A stretch of DNA of 61,607 bases, filler included, from Hausera hauseri (lineage: Eukaryota), in assembly GCA_046269625.1 (NCBI GenBank). It is 12 parts of 12 records of this genome, joined end to end, with 100 filler letters (N's around TTAATTAATTAA, not from the genome) between each part and the next. Parts side by side here need not be neighbours in the genome. Positions count along the whole stretch, not along the records: positions 21,016 to 25,456 come from JBJURY010580558.1; positions 25,557 to 31,449 come from JBJURY010172639.1; positions 31,550 to 36,803 come from JBJURY010298278.1; 9 more parts are not named here. The stretch is one strand, 5' to 3'. Both the position numbers and the translations under genes were made by a program. Of the stretch, positions 24,168 to 36,903 are shown piece by piece. Positions within the stretch are counted from its first letter, which is position 1, and each line of letters begins with the position of its first letter. Below the pieces are notes generated by a model. It made no database searches. It worked only from the letters and a program-made list of their open reading frames with translations, and was not told the origin of the DNA.

Positions 24168-24730
24168 ATCAGCCTTTTCCCAATGATTTCTACGCGATTA
24201 GTGTAATTTCTGTGAGTGACGCACTTAGTCATCAAACCTGTGTTAATGGTAAAGGCTATATCTCGACTGTAAGCTCCGTAATCATTAACAAATATCAACG
24301 CAATATGAATTTTATTAACCTGGATTTGTTCACTTGAAACATTTTTAGTTTCATTGCTTCGACAGGGAATGACTATTTTGACGGAAGCACTAGCTCCCCA
24401 TTTGCCAAACTCTCTTTGAACAGTTTCCATCAATGTTATAAAATAGACGTTGTAAAAATGTTTAAAATTTGCATTGAATAGATATAGCGGCATTACCTTT
24501 GAATGATGTATCCATAAATAATGTGTGAAGAAAATATCCATGCCCAAGGGCCGCGAATTTTTCTGACACCAACTATCGGATTCCATTGGATCATTGAAAT
24601 CAATTTTGATGATGTTGTCATGAATACATAAAGCAACAGAATCCGTTTCAACAATCTCCGCTAAACGTCTCTGATTTCGTAATAATTCCGTCTTGATATC
24701 CATTGCTTCAAACTCAATTTTGCACTTCAA
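24164..24730 (-). other. Unassigned ORF (188 aa) upstream of the Tudor fragment
   Basis: Coding-like ORF with no recognised family; shares a ~45-bp segment with 22640-22685. Confidence 0.3.
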
Positions 24731-25556
24731 AATATATAGTTAAATCCCAAAAAATTTCATGACAAAATATCTAAGATACTGAAAATGCCAATATGGCTAG
24801 AGCAATTTTTTAATTTAAAAACCAAAAAAATTTATTTATTTTTAAACACTAATATTTTTGCATATCAAAACAATAATATTCTACATATATCAAAAGAAAA
24901 GGTTGGTCAAATCTGACGCATATTCCATAAAACCACTGGAAGCATTAATCGTCAATTCATGATTATTAAGAACTGGTGAACAATGTAAAAATCTACGTTT
25001 CTGCAATTGGGCTACAAAATTATCAGTAATCAAAAAGAGTTTCATTTGTAGATCATCCAGAATGTTGGTACAGTCTCCGAATGTGGTATATAAAACGTAT
25101 TATTAATTGACCCATATTTTTAATGCATTTGAAGGTAAGACAGAGAGTCTTGTCTGGTAAAACTGAAGAACTTTCTGACTTCATTGAGTACATCCAATCC
25201 GCCAAAAGCAGAAAAGAATTCTGATCCGTATTTAAAATCAGGTGGTGACAATTTTTTGTTTCATGAGCAGAAATCTTTTTTGTAGAAATTCGGATAACAA
25301 ATTACATGTCATTTTAATTCCAGAAAGTGTAATATTTTCAGAATTTTAATAGCAATGACTGATAAACGTAGGATTCCAACATTGAATAAGATTCTTTTGG
25401 GTGAAATATTCGATTGGTAACTGGTACAACGCTGAAGGATTATCGGTCTTTGAACANNNNNNNNNNNNNNNNNNNNNNNNNNNNNNNNNNNNNNNNNNNN
25501 TTAATTAATTAANNNNNNNNNNNNNNNNNNNNNNNNNNNNNNNNNNNNNNNNNNNN

Positions 25557-25859
<303 letters not shown>

Positions 25860-25887
25860 GTCTTCCCCCGGTAGCCCTAACATCAAC

Positions 25888-25903
25888 GGTCCTTTTTAGG
25901 ACC
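25888..25903 (+). terminator. Histone 3' stem-loop (H3)
   Basis: GGTCCTTTTTAGGACC. Confidence 0.95.
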
Positions 25904-26826
25904 ACTCACTACTCTCGTTTAACGCCTTTTTTTTTTAATCACAAGAGTTTCAATATTTGTTGGCTTGCATAGTTTCTCTGATTGTTTGTCTGACAAGTTT
26001 TACGAGGCTGCGTACCCCATAAATATCATGTGGAGCTGTTGTAATATCTGACAGCACGCACAATAAGGTAGCCCACTCAAGGAAAGAAAAAAAAAATCCA
26101 CTCAGTTTTAGCGCTAACGTGTGTGAGTGTGTTATGTACGTATGCATGACGTTCGCTTGCATTTACTGTGTCTGCCTGAATGGGGTAGTAGACAAGGCTG
26201 TTTCCATCCTCCCCCTCGACAGAGTGGTGCATTTTCAATTAAATAAAACGCCGCCTGGCCGCGAGCCACTAGCACTAACCAAAAGTGGGCACATGTTCGT
26301 GACTTGAGTTGCTTGATCTTAGTCAAAAGGCTACCGAGGGGTGCTTGTCTGTCGAAATTACCACAGTTCGTCTTTTAAATGGACATTTAGCAAAATGTGA
26401 GACCAGAGGAGTGTTTAGCTATTGTCTCTTCGGTATCATTAAGTTGGACGAGGAGCGTATCAAGCGGCTGTGGTCAGGTAACATGATACCGAGTTCACTA
26501 GTTCATCTGACCTGTCGCTTTTATTGTGTAATGGCCAAAGCCTGTTAAAAATGGCCAGAATCACGAAATGGCCAAAATGACAACCCCGCACCAAACCATC
26601 TCGTTCAAGTTTAACAGGAAGGCCGCTTGCGGCAAACCGAATTATTTGCGCCGTCCCTGTCGCCACTCGTCTCTCAGACAAGAGAACCAATCGCCGTGGG
26701 CCTGCAGTCGGCCATATTGCGGGAGAAGTGAGAAATCGCACCCGGGTGCATATAAAAGGTAGCTGCTGGTGGCTGATTGTAGCTTGTTCAAAAACTCTCC
26801 AGACCCGGTAGTTTTATTTTACTTAA

Positions 26827-27156
<330 letters not shown>

Positions 27157-27182
27157 AATAGCAGCCCCTTTTACACCTTACC

Positions 27183-27198
27183 GGCCCTTTTTAGGGCC
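27183..27198 (+). terminator. Histone 3' stem-loop (H4)
   Basis: GGCCCTTTTTAGGGCC. Confidence 0.95.
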
Positions 27199-28087
27199 CA
27201 TACATTATCCCTTGATTGGCATTCCTTCATAGATGTCGCCAAGAGTTCACTGTTATGTTTTTGTTATGTCGTACATTCGAGCATGCACATTCTACGTTCC
27301 CACCTATACGGGTTTGTCCATGTGCGCGCGCATTAGCAGCAAGCGTTCACCGTATCACCCAGTCGCCCTCTTCCCCACCGGTGGCCAAGCATGCTGCTAG
27401 TTTTCTTACCCTTATGTGGAGTGAGCAGTGCGAGTGATTTAAAAGATAATTCAGATCTCTTGAAAAGGCACTGTAAGTAATACATTTTGGTTTACTTTTG
27501 ACCTTTATATTAATTTCATTGTTTTGTTTAGCAGAACAGGACCAGAGACCTTAAGCGGGCCACCAGGGTCTGTTGCTGATTCGGTAACCACCTCCTGGTA
27601 GGTGTAACTGAATCAACCTGGCTGAGGGCTGTAGACGAGCCACTTTGTTGGTTAAAGGTCTCGGACCAGGAAAGAAACGCACATGAGATTAGTGGACACT
27701 TGTGAACTATAACTATCATAACTGTTACATGACTTTTTTTTTTTTTTTTTTTTGCCTTACCTTTGTGATTATGATTTGATATTTTGATGGTTATAAGTTT
27801 ATTAACCACTTCTGTCTGTTGCAGTCACGTCACTTATTCGCCTCGAAACACTGTCACAGTGCTGCTATTATATATCACCCATATGTGTATACTCATAGCA
27901 GCACATCGTCAACAATGACGTCGACACCAGGTGAAGAGCTGGCGCTCTGACCGGTTCTAGTGGTAGTAACATTTCACGTGAGGGTAGAAAAACTCATCTG
28001 CACAATGCGAATCCATAACGCATTCGTGCAATGTCAACTTGGCCGCTGTACGATCTGCTATTTAAGTCTGTCGCAACCACAACCTCC

Positions 28088-28206
28088 GTCTACGGCCATA
28101 CCACGTTGAAAATACCGGTTCTCGTCCGATCACCGAAGTCAAGCAACGTCGGGCGTGGTTAGTACTTAGATGGGTGACCGCTTGGGAACACCACGTGTTG
28201 TAGACT
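28088..28206 (+). rRNA. 5S: 5S rRNA gene
   Basis: GTCTACGGCCATACCACGTTGAA...AGTACTTAGATGGGTGACC...GTTGTAGACT, about 119 nt, with paired ends and a poly-T Pol III terminator. Confidence 0.97.
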
Positions 28207-28626
28207 TTTTTTTTTTTTCCCCCACTCACCAGTTGCTGTTAAATCTGTGCATGGGTTTTCTTACCCGTATTTATCTGGCCGAACCTCCTCTACCCTGTCA
28301 CAAACACGACCACAAAACGTGTAATCAAACATGGAACTTCCGCCGCCAAGGCTGGCTTTTTAAAAAAATTAACCAGCCTCGTTTCTGCACCCTGTATATA
28401 TTGTATGGTGTTTGTTGTTGTGAGCAATGAAAAAGTTTGTTGCTGTCCAACAAACAAAAGGTTTACTGGCGCTGCGGTGGTGTTTAGATGAACATGCATA
28501 TGAATGTAATCGTGCGTGTGATGTGATTAATTGTGAGAACTCGTCTGAGAGACAGAAGAGCACATATAATGACAAATCAAACTCTTGTACAGGCTCAGAA
28601 GCATTGTTAAATGGGAGCGGTTGTAT

Positions 28627-28642
28627 GGCCCTTAAAAGGGCC
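28627..28642 (-). terminator. Histone 3' stem-loop (H2B)
   Basis: GGCCCTTTTAAGGGCC on the minus strand. Confidence 0.95.
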
Positions 28643-28665
28643 GGTGACTTCAAGTTGGCGCGAGA

Positions 28666-29034
28666 TTACTTGCTGGTGGTGTACTTGGTAACAGCCTTGG
28701 TACCTTCACTCACGGCGTGTTTAGCAAGCTCACCAGGCAGCAGGAGGCGGACAGCGGTCTGAATCTCACGAGATGTGATGGTGCTGCGCTTGTTGTAATG
28801 GGCCAGGCGGCTGGCTTCGGCAGAAATTCGCTCGAAGATGTCGTTGACGAAGGAATTCATGATGGACATGGCCTTGGACGAGATGCCTGTGTCGGGGTGC
28901 ACCTGCTTCAGCACCTTATAGATGTAGATGCTGTAACTCTCCTTTCTCCTGCGCTTCTTCTTTTTGTCACCCGTGCGCACGGCTTTAGCCTTTCCGGCTT
29001 TCTTGGCCCCTTTTGAAGAGACTTTTGGCGGCAT
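28666..29034 (-). CDS. H2B: Histone H2B
   Basis: [15 protein letters not shown]...[10 protein letters not shown]; true ATG at 29034 (122 aa). Confidence 0.99.
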   Translation of the reverse strand: MPPKVSSKGAKKAGKAKAVRTGDKKKKRRRKESYSIYIYKVLKQVHPDTGISSKAMSIMNSFVNDIFERISAEASRLAHYNKRSTITSREIQTAVRLLLPGELAKHAVSEGTKAVTKYTTSK

Positions 29035-29252
29035 GGTTGTTTTCGGGACGCACCGATCGCAAGCCTTATATCTGACGGCGCCGAGTAAAACCGCGAGGAC
29101 GAATTTGCCACCAGCCAATCAAATCGCTCGCTCTACTCTAACCGTGATCACGGGCCAATCGAGAGGCAGCGTATTTTCTACTCGGGCCAGACATATTTAA
29201 GCGCTGTACTGGAGGCAAACAAGAAAATTCACAAATCCAAAAAAGAACAGAA
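29035..29252. promoter_or_regulatory. Divergent H2B/H2A promoter
   Basis: Two CCAAT boxes (~29116, ~29155) with TATA-like elements facing each gene. Confidence 0.8.
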
Positions 29253-29636
29253 ATGTCCGGACGTGGCAAGGGCGGAAAAGTTAAGGGCAAGTCCAAGTCC
29301 CGCTCATCTAGGGCTGGGCTGCAGTTCCCAGTGGGTCGTATTCACCGTTTGCTGAGGAAAGGAAACTACGCAGAACGTGTCGGTGCTGGCGCCCCAGTAT
29401 ACCTAGCTGCCGTCCTCGAGTACCTGGCCGCTGAAGTGCTCGAACTGGCAGGTAACGCCGCCAGAGACAACAAGAAGACTAGGATCATCCCTCGTCATTT
29501 GCAGCTGGCCATTCGCAACGATGAGGAATTGAACAAGCTCCTGTCTGGCGTCACCATCGCACAAGGCGGTGTCCTGCCCAACATTCAGGCAGTTTTGCTT
29601 CCCAAGAAGTCACAGAAGGCCACGGGCAAGAGTTAA
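29253..29636 (+). CDS. H2A: Histone H2A
   Basis: Canonical H2A core, C-tail [10 protein letters not shown] (no terminal SQEY). Confidence 0.99.
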   Translation: MSGRGKGGKVKGKSKSRSSRAGLQFPVGRIHRLLRKGNYAERVGAGAPVYLAAVLEYLAAEVLELAGNAARDNKKTRIIPRHLQLAIRNDEELNKLLSGVTIAQGGVLPNIQAVLLPKKSQKATGKS

Positions 29637-29666
29637 GTTAAGCCGGCTCTCCTCCCTCTCCACCAC

Positions 29667-29682
29667 TGTCCTTTTCAGGACA
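29667..29682 (+). terminator. Histone 3' stem-loop (H2A), T-A basal pair
   Basis: TGTCCTTTTCAGGACA. Confidence 0.85.
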
Positions 29683-29984
29683 ACCTCCCGACTTCCAGTT
29701 AACGGTCCATGATTGCCAAGAGTTTGTGTGTTGTGTTTCTCTTCTTCTTTCAGTGCTATTTATAACATGGATAGCTCGGCTACCCTTCTTCGCAGTCTGT
29801 CTTCGGACTATAACGACCTTTCTCCGGGCTCATCCCAAAGAGCTGACGCTAGGTGATGTGGTGACCAATAAATAGCAATTTGATACTTGCATACAACACT
29901 ACGGCTAGTGCTATATGAATGTTGGTTATTGTGGCTAGAAGGTCAAAGGGATATAAAGTCCTTTATATTCCCCCTCCCTTTCTA

Positions 29985-30505
29985 CCTTGACCATAGCAAG
30001 GAGCACAGGAGATTGACCATAGCAATGCAAAGATTAACTAGTATGAAGAATCTGTGGCAAGACACCAACTCAATCAAAATAAATCTTCTGAGAACATGTA
30101 TTTTTCTTGTGGCTACCTATGCAAGTGAATCCTGGACTATCACACAATCAATAAAGAAAAAGATAAACGCATTTGAATTAAAATGTTACAGAACAGACCT
30201 AAGAACATCATGGACAAAAAATAACAAAGATATACTCAAAGAACTGAACATCATGAACAACTGGCTCATCAACAGTATCATGTCTAGAAAACTGCAATAT
30301 TTTGGCCACATTAAACATCACAATGACCTGGAGAAACTGGTATTGGAAGGTACTTTTCCTGGAGAGAGGCAAGGGAAGACCAAGATGACGCTGGACAGAA
30401 GACATCAAGGAAACTTTGAATGTGAACTTGGCTGACAAGAAACAATCCTTCAGAAGGGCTGTGATGAGGGTGACGTTCTGCAAAGGACAGGCCACATGAT
30501 GATTA
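29985..30505 (+). mobile_element. 5'-truncated RTE LINE in the histone spacer
   Basis: KINLLRTCIFLVATYASESWT..INAFELKCYR..RKLQYFGHI..LEKLVLEG, ending in a short ATGATGATT tail. Confidence 0.8.
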
Positions 30506-31669
30506 TTCAACATTTTGTGCAACACACCAGATATTATTTAGTCTGAATAAAATATGTAGAGGGACCCTCAGCAAACATCATCCAGACAGCTTGTCAGGAA
30601 TGATCATGAAACGTATGTAAACAAAACCTGAAGCAGGATTTACAAAACACACACACACACACACGCACACACACCCCCACCCCAAAAAAAAAAAAAAAAA
30701 ACACCTTTGATGAAGTACAAAGTGTGTGTTGCTAGTGTCAAAATGAGTGAAACAAGAAATTTTGTGATTACTGTGGTGCACCATTGCATGCAGATTAATG
30801 TTTCGTCACGTACTAAAGGGATGGTTCGAAGTGAGACCGCTTCGAGCTCTCGTCAGGACCAAGAATCAACATACTGGCCTAGACCTCCCAACACCTCCTG
30901 AATCCGTCCTGGCCAACGTTGGAAAGGTCACCCACGGTCAGGATGTTGAGACGTGGATCATTCATGGGAGGCCAATCATAGCACTAAATCCCGGAGGACC
31001 CTGGTCCACCCTACTATACTCCACTGGGACAGAAGAAATGCTCAACAAAACTACTACTCTAGACTTTTTTTTTAGGACTACAGCCCTTATCAGGGCTCAC
31101 CACAAGGTCTGACGCTCGACGATGAGATCAAACAACCAAACCATCAGTACTAAAACAAGACAAAATGGATACACAATTTTCCAACTGTTATTAAGCCATT
31201 GTAACTTTACAGTGTTTGGCCCAAAATGGCTGGGAACAGGGGGAAGTTGAGGGTAAACAACCGGTGTCCTCAGTGTGTTAACTCTGTACGTGATTCATAA
31301 CCGACAAAATGTCACTGCAATCCGCCGCTGCATTTCCAAGCTACCCCGATAAACAAACTTCCCCGCGGCCTAGCCAACCAGAAAGAAGCGCAAAGAGTTT
31401 CTACCAATCAGCGCAGACCACGGTCCCATTTATACGCGTGTTGCTCGGTNNNNNNNNNNNNNNNNNNNNNNNNNNNNNNNNNNNNNNNNNNNNTTAATTA
31501 ATTAANNNNNNNNNNNNNNNNNNNNNNNNNNNNNNNNNNNNNNNNNNNNTGAAAATCACAATTTGTCCATAATCTGGCTGGACTAAATTGCATATTTGAA
31601 CTGGTTTGTCGGTACCTGTTTTATTTCAAACGCCAATGCCCATACGCCCAACCCGTATTTTGCCCCGCC

Positions 31670-34330
31670 CACTTTCGCTTATCTTCGTTGCATGACAAAG
31701 CAACCTTTTTATTTGTGATGGGATACAGCTGGTGCTCAATCTATTGTATGGTCGTTTGAGACACAACAGCCTTTCTTTCTTATTCTTGCCCATCATAGAC
31801 ACGGCGATAATCACATTGATTTATTTCCGTCTGTTTCAGCTGCATGCCTTTTACCCGCATTTTTGGCCCACAATCTGTCAGAAGACTGTAACACTTTGGA
31901 CGCAAAAATATTCATTCCCTGTATTGAACCCGGTCTTCACTTTCGTCCTTGAAGCAGCCGATTTTGTTTATTATCGCCCTGCTGTACAGTTGATGGTTCT
32001 GTAGGTAGTTGGACGTGTTCAGTAGTCCATCTGACACCATTTCTCGGAGCAGATGGTCTCGATTGATGTTTTTCAACTCAAGGCAAAAGCTCTCTGTGTC
32101 ACCGGCAACGATACTGATCTCACAGTGGCCCCCGTAAAAACATTTTCCGGTAACGTGCCAAGTCACGATACTGGAGTTCGTACATTCGCAACTTCCTCAG
32201 GTCCAATACCACTTGTCCGATGTAGCTTGGCCGGTCCAGTACGACTTCTTTTTTGTTTAAAAGCATGGCGACCAATCCATCGGCAATGTGCATTGACCGC
32301 TTAAACTGAGGCTTCCTGTTGTACGTAATCAGTCGTTTTTCACTGTTGTACAGGCGCACATTGAGCCGCTTCTTCAGATTTTCCACTGTTTTTCCGTACA
32401 ATGAATTGTTTTTGAGCTTGTAATAGTCCTTTTCAAAATTTGTACAATCTGCGACTCGTTTTTCTAAATTTCCATCAATGTACGCCTTGAATATCGGCGC
32501 CTAATTGAATTGGTTTGCACGATGCACCTGTGTGACGCGTACACCCAGCTGCATGTAAAACTGCAGTAGACGCCAATGAACCACGTAATTTGACTTGGGT
32601 TTATGTGCCATGAGCAGCTTCTTTACTTTTGAGCCACCGGGCGGACATTGGCTAATTGGTGCGACCGGCAGTTCATCCAGAAAGTAATGCAGCTCATCTG
32701 GTACCACGAGATCGACCTCCATCAGGTATCCGATTAAGCTGCTTTCTATTGTTGTTGTGCCTGGTGCCCTCGTCAGATTTCCTAGTATTGTGCTCAGGTC
32801 TTGTTTGTCGACTATCCATTCGAATGAACCGTATGGCAAGAATTGTGAAAGCGCCTAGCCGTACAGTTTATTAATATTGATGTGCAACATTGACCTTGTA
32901 TCATCGTCATCATCGTCATCACTGGTTACGTGATGTTTTTTGACAGATGTCATGCCGCCACGAATACCAACATCAAATAATTGGTACATTTTCGTGTCTT
33001 GCAACAGCTCAATTTTCCTGTTCAGCGATATTAGTGCCGATTCCAAAGTCATCCCGGTATGGAGTAAAAGTTTAGCGGCTCCAGCCTATCTTCCGCCAAC
33101 GCTTTAGCTCGAAATGTCTGAAACAAATCGGCTAATAAGTACACGTCCAGTTTCAGGTACTGGAGCATGTACTCCAACAGGTTTCAGCAGCCGAGATTTG
33201 TCCACTATTTCTATGCTTTGTGGTACTCGTCCTCTGTGATTCCGGCTCACTGTGGTGGCAATTCATCCGTTGTTTGAAGCCTCTCGTACGACACAGCAAA
33301 GTCATATGGGAATATTCCTTTGCTGAGTGCAATATTCGTGGAGAACTGTGTCAGTATTAGCGGAACATCCGGCAAGGCATTTACAAGCTTTGCTAGAGAC
33401 TCACTGAGGAACTGCAGTGAGTCAAGAAATCGTACCTGAAACCGGTTTATAAATGCCGATAAGAACAGATACTTCTCCATCGTTGTTAGGATTATGGATA
33501 GCTACCATTGTGGAAATCCTTTGATGGTCCATATCAGAATATGGTGACAGTCATAACCCCTGAAGTTATGAAATATTACTGGCAGAAATGGCCGCACACG
33601 TCTTGCCAAATAGAATGAATGGCATGCTGCTCCCAAGTATCGACCATTAAAATAATCGTGATCTGGTACGAGCCGTTCCTGTGCATCGAACAACAATATT
33701 TTGTGGCATAGGTAAAATTCGTCAGTGGCAGCGAAAAGCAGTGGTTCATATTCGTCTGCCCAGACCAAGGTTTAGTGCTATTATTCCAATACCACGGCGC
33801 GATTTCCGTTTCCACTATTGTCTCCCACTAATGCAGGAAATCGCGGACACAGTTTCATCCGTAAAAAGCGTAGTATTGTGGTTGTCCGTCGGCTTTAATT
33901 GACACAACCAGTATGCCGACGGCGATTGGAACATGCTTTTGGTCGTAGATGTTGTGCCGTGGTAAAATTGCCTTGATATCGGCATATACCACATACGCCG
34001 AACTGTTGATTTTTGACCAGTCACTGAATATCAGTTTCTTTTTGACTAACATGACATACATTGTTGTTCCTGTTGCATTTTTCCTGCACAGCGCCACATG
34101 ATTTTCCCATGTCTCTTCTGACCTAAAGCCATGTAGACATATGGGACACCATTTGTAGCGTATGCGTTTTTGGACAAACTGATCATGGTCCATGTTTAAT
34201 AGTCTATCCAAATTTGTTACTGCCACATAACGAAAGTTTTCTGCATTTTCCAATAACAATAAATTTACTGGGCGTTTATTTGGGTTCCGACTGCGGTAGA
34301 TTATGTCTACAAGGGGACTTTTGTCTCAAT
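31670..34330 (-). pseudogene. polB: Polinton protein-primed DNA polymerase B (copy A), fragmented
   Basis: Zn finger CPICLHGF, ExoI VVYADI, EndoVII DHDYFNGRYLGAAC, ExoII FHNFRGYD, KGIFPY, DVYLLADLF, IRGG, NKLYG, KLKNNSLYGKTVEN, GDTES and IGCFKDE. Confidence 0.92.
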
Positions 34331-35506
34331 TGCATTGTTGTTGTTGTTGTCGTTGTCGCTGACATGTCCCCCTTCATGTACAAGTACGATCTGTTTAGAT
34401 CGTACTTGACGGTAATGTGTGGTTCCTGCTGGTCATATTGCTGCTGCTGCTGTTGCATACTGCTGCTGCTTTGTGCGTATTCGTCAAGGCTTGTGGATGC
34501 TTGACTTTTCCTACTGGTTGTTGTTGTTGTTGACGGGATGCTTCTTTTTGTTGAGTCCATGACTAGTTGCTTTTTGGACCGCTTAAACTGGTTTAAGTGG
34601 TCCTTATGTTGATTATAGAATTGTTCATAGTTGATTTGATCATCATCAATTATAGAACAACAACAACCGAGACTGTGCAGGATTGTGGTGATGCCACAGT
34701 GCTGTTCCACTGCAGTATGGCAACCATCAACGTTATGCACTCTACTAGTACAGTATTGTGGTTATGTGGGGCAATGTGCAAGCATCATCTTAGTGGACCG
34801 CGTAAAGGGCCCGAGATGATGCATGTGCATATCGTAAAAGTTGGCGTACGGGCACTGGGTTGAAGTATTGCATGTGAGACGTAGATATGTGTTTGTCCCC
34901 ACAGCGTAATACATCGCCATCTGCTGATGGCACTGCTCCTGACCTACGTGTATGCGTGATACGCAGTACACGGGATAATGTTTGCATTTCTGAATGAGAA
35001 ACAAATTAAAGTAAGCGTAAAATGAACACAACTTCTACGGTGGGGTGGTGGTGGTAGTGGTCTAAGGACGACTATAAATATTTGTCACTCAATGTCACAA
35101 GTAAACGAGATGGAAGAGTACATAGAAGGTGAGATTCACAGATTGACCGATGACATTTTGACCGGCCATGTGTTTGATGTTCAGTACCTTTGTGAGCTGT
35201 CAGAAACCAGAATAATGAGCAGGCGAGAATATATTGAATTGATATTCAGATCTCTGTTCGTAAAACGTATCAAGGATGAAATGAGACGAAAATGACAACA
35301 ACAACAACAACAAGGTCAAATTAATTTCCTCTTTGGACTTGTATTTACTGCTTCGCTTGGTATTTTAGTGAAAAAGTTGATTGTCCATATTAACCCCACA
35401 TAAATATATAATTTCGCAACATATTTGTTTTTATTTTGTGTGTGTGTTCAAGCTACATTGCAGTATAAACACTTGTGCTTCTTCTTTCTTTCCATAAAAT
35501 TATACA

Positions 35507-36016
35507 ATGTCTCACTTGACTACACAACTCATTAGCTTATACCACTCATTCGACGGATTCCGGAACCACCTGTACAATCTCGATCGACCTTTGGACAATG
35601 CTCGATATTTGCCTCCGGGAGAGCTACTTCTACTTGCTGAGCAGAATTGGAAAGCACGAGAACCCTACTTACGTCATATGAAGCAGGTTGTTTGTGATAT
35701 GGAATTTTTATTCCGTAAGATTTTTTGCATATATGGAAAAATGACGACGTTGGACGATAATCCTCGTCAAGTACGTCAGTTTATGACCGATTTTGTCAAA
35801 CGTGGTAGTAGTGGTAGTCAGACGAATTACATTCCTACGTGTCAGTCAGCAGATGAAATTTTCTTGAAGCAATATTGCAATATGATTAATTCCGATAGTC
35901 TAGATCATTCTTCTTCTTCGAATTGGTTAATCTCTGTGGTTTGTGTAATCCGAATTGACTCGAACAATTTAGTAGCAGTAGCATTACTTGTACAAAAAAA
36001 TAAAAGTTTGATGTAA
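35507..36016 (+). CDS. Hypothetical Polinton-associated protein
   Basis: 169-aa ATG ORF preceded by TATAAA at ~35464, divergent from polB; no family recognised. Confidence 0.35.
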   Translation: MSHLTTQLISLYHSFDGFRNHLYNLDRPLDNARYLPPGELLLLAEQNWKAREPYLRHMKQVVCDMEFLFRKIFCIYGKMTTLDDNPRQVRQFMTDFVKRGSSGSQTNYIPTCQSADEIFLKQYCNMINSDSLDHSSSSNWLISVVCVIRIDSNNLVAVALLVQKNKSLM

Positions 36017-36072
36017 AGTTCGTTTTTTCGTTACTCAAAACGATCATTATAGTGAGGTAGGTGGGAAATGGT

Positions 36073-36720
36073 GTTGTCCGAAAACTAGGTTATTACAAAA
36101 ATTTTTCCGACTGAACTCATCTTGCTGAGTCTAAATATGCAGGTGTCCAGAACTAGGTCAGTCTACAAATTTTTCAGACTCAACCCACCTTGCTGAGTTA
36201 AAATATGCAGGTGTCCAGAACTAGGTCAGTCTAAAAATTTTTTCGACTCACCTCATCTTACTGAGTTCAAATATTTAGGTGTCCAAGACTGGGTCAGTCT
36301 AAAAATTTTCCCGACTCAACTCACCTTGCAGAGTTCAAATATGCAGGTGTCCAGAACTAGGTCAGTTTAAAAATTTTTTCCACTCACCTCACCTTACTGA
36401 GTTCAAATATTCAGGTGTCCAAAACTGGGTCAGTCCAAAAATCTGTCCGACTCAACTCACCTTTCTTCGTTTAAATATGTAGGTGTCTAGAACTGGGTCA
36501 GTCTAAAAATATTTTCGACTCACTTCACCTTTCTGCGTTCAAATATGCAAGTGTCCAAAACTGGGTCGGTCCAAAAATTTTCCCGGCCAAACTCAACTTG
36601 CTAAGTTCAAATATGTAGATGGCCAAAACTGGGTCAGTCTAAAAAATTTTTTTGACTCAACCCATCTTACCGAGTTCAAATATGCAGGTGTCCAACCTGG
36701 GTCAGTCAAAAAAATTTCCC
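36073..36720 (+). repeat. 68-bp tandem minisatellite, about 9.5 copies
   Basis: The unit GGTGTCCAGAACTAGGTCAGTCTAAAAATTTTTTCGACTCAACTCACCTTGCTGAGTTCAAATATGCA recurs at 36142, 36210, 36278, 36346, 36414, 36482, 36550, 36618 and 36687. Confidence 0.95.
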
Positions 36721-36903
36721 AACCCCACTCAGTCAACCCAACACAATGCCACAATAACAAAAGAAATTAAATAAATAAATAAATAAAATAAAATAAAACA
36801 ATANNNNNNNNNNNNNNNNNNNNNNNNNNNNNNNNNNNNNNNNNNNNTTAATTAATTAANNNNNNNNNNNNNNNNNNNNNNNNNNNNNNNNNNNNNNNNN
36901 NNN

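Noticed and set aside
29035-29118. N-terminally extended H2B (150 aa) in the ORF track
   Set aside because: The extension overlaps the promoter/TATA region; the canonical start MPPK is at 29034
36073-36720. Possible CRISPR array
   Set aside because: Whole units repeat with no unique spacers, there are no cas genes, and the context is eukaryotic
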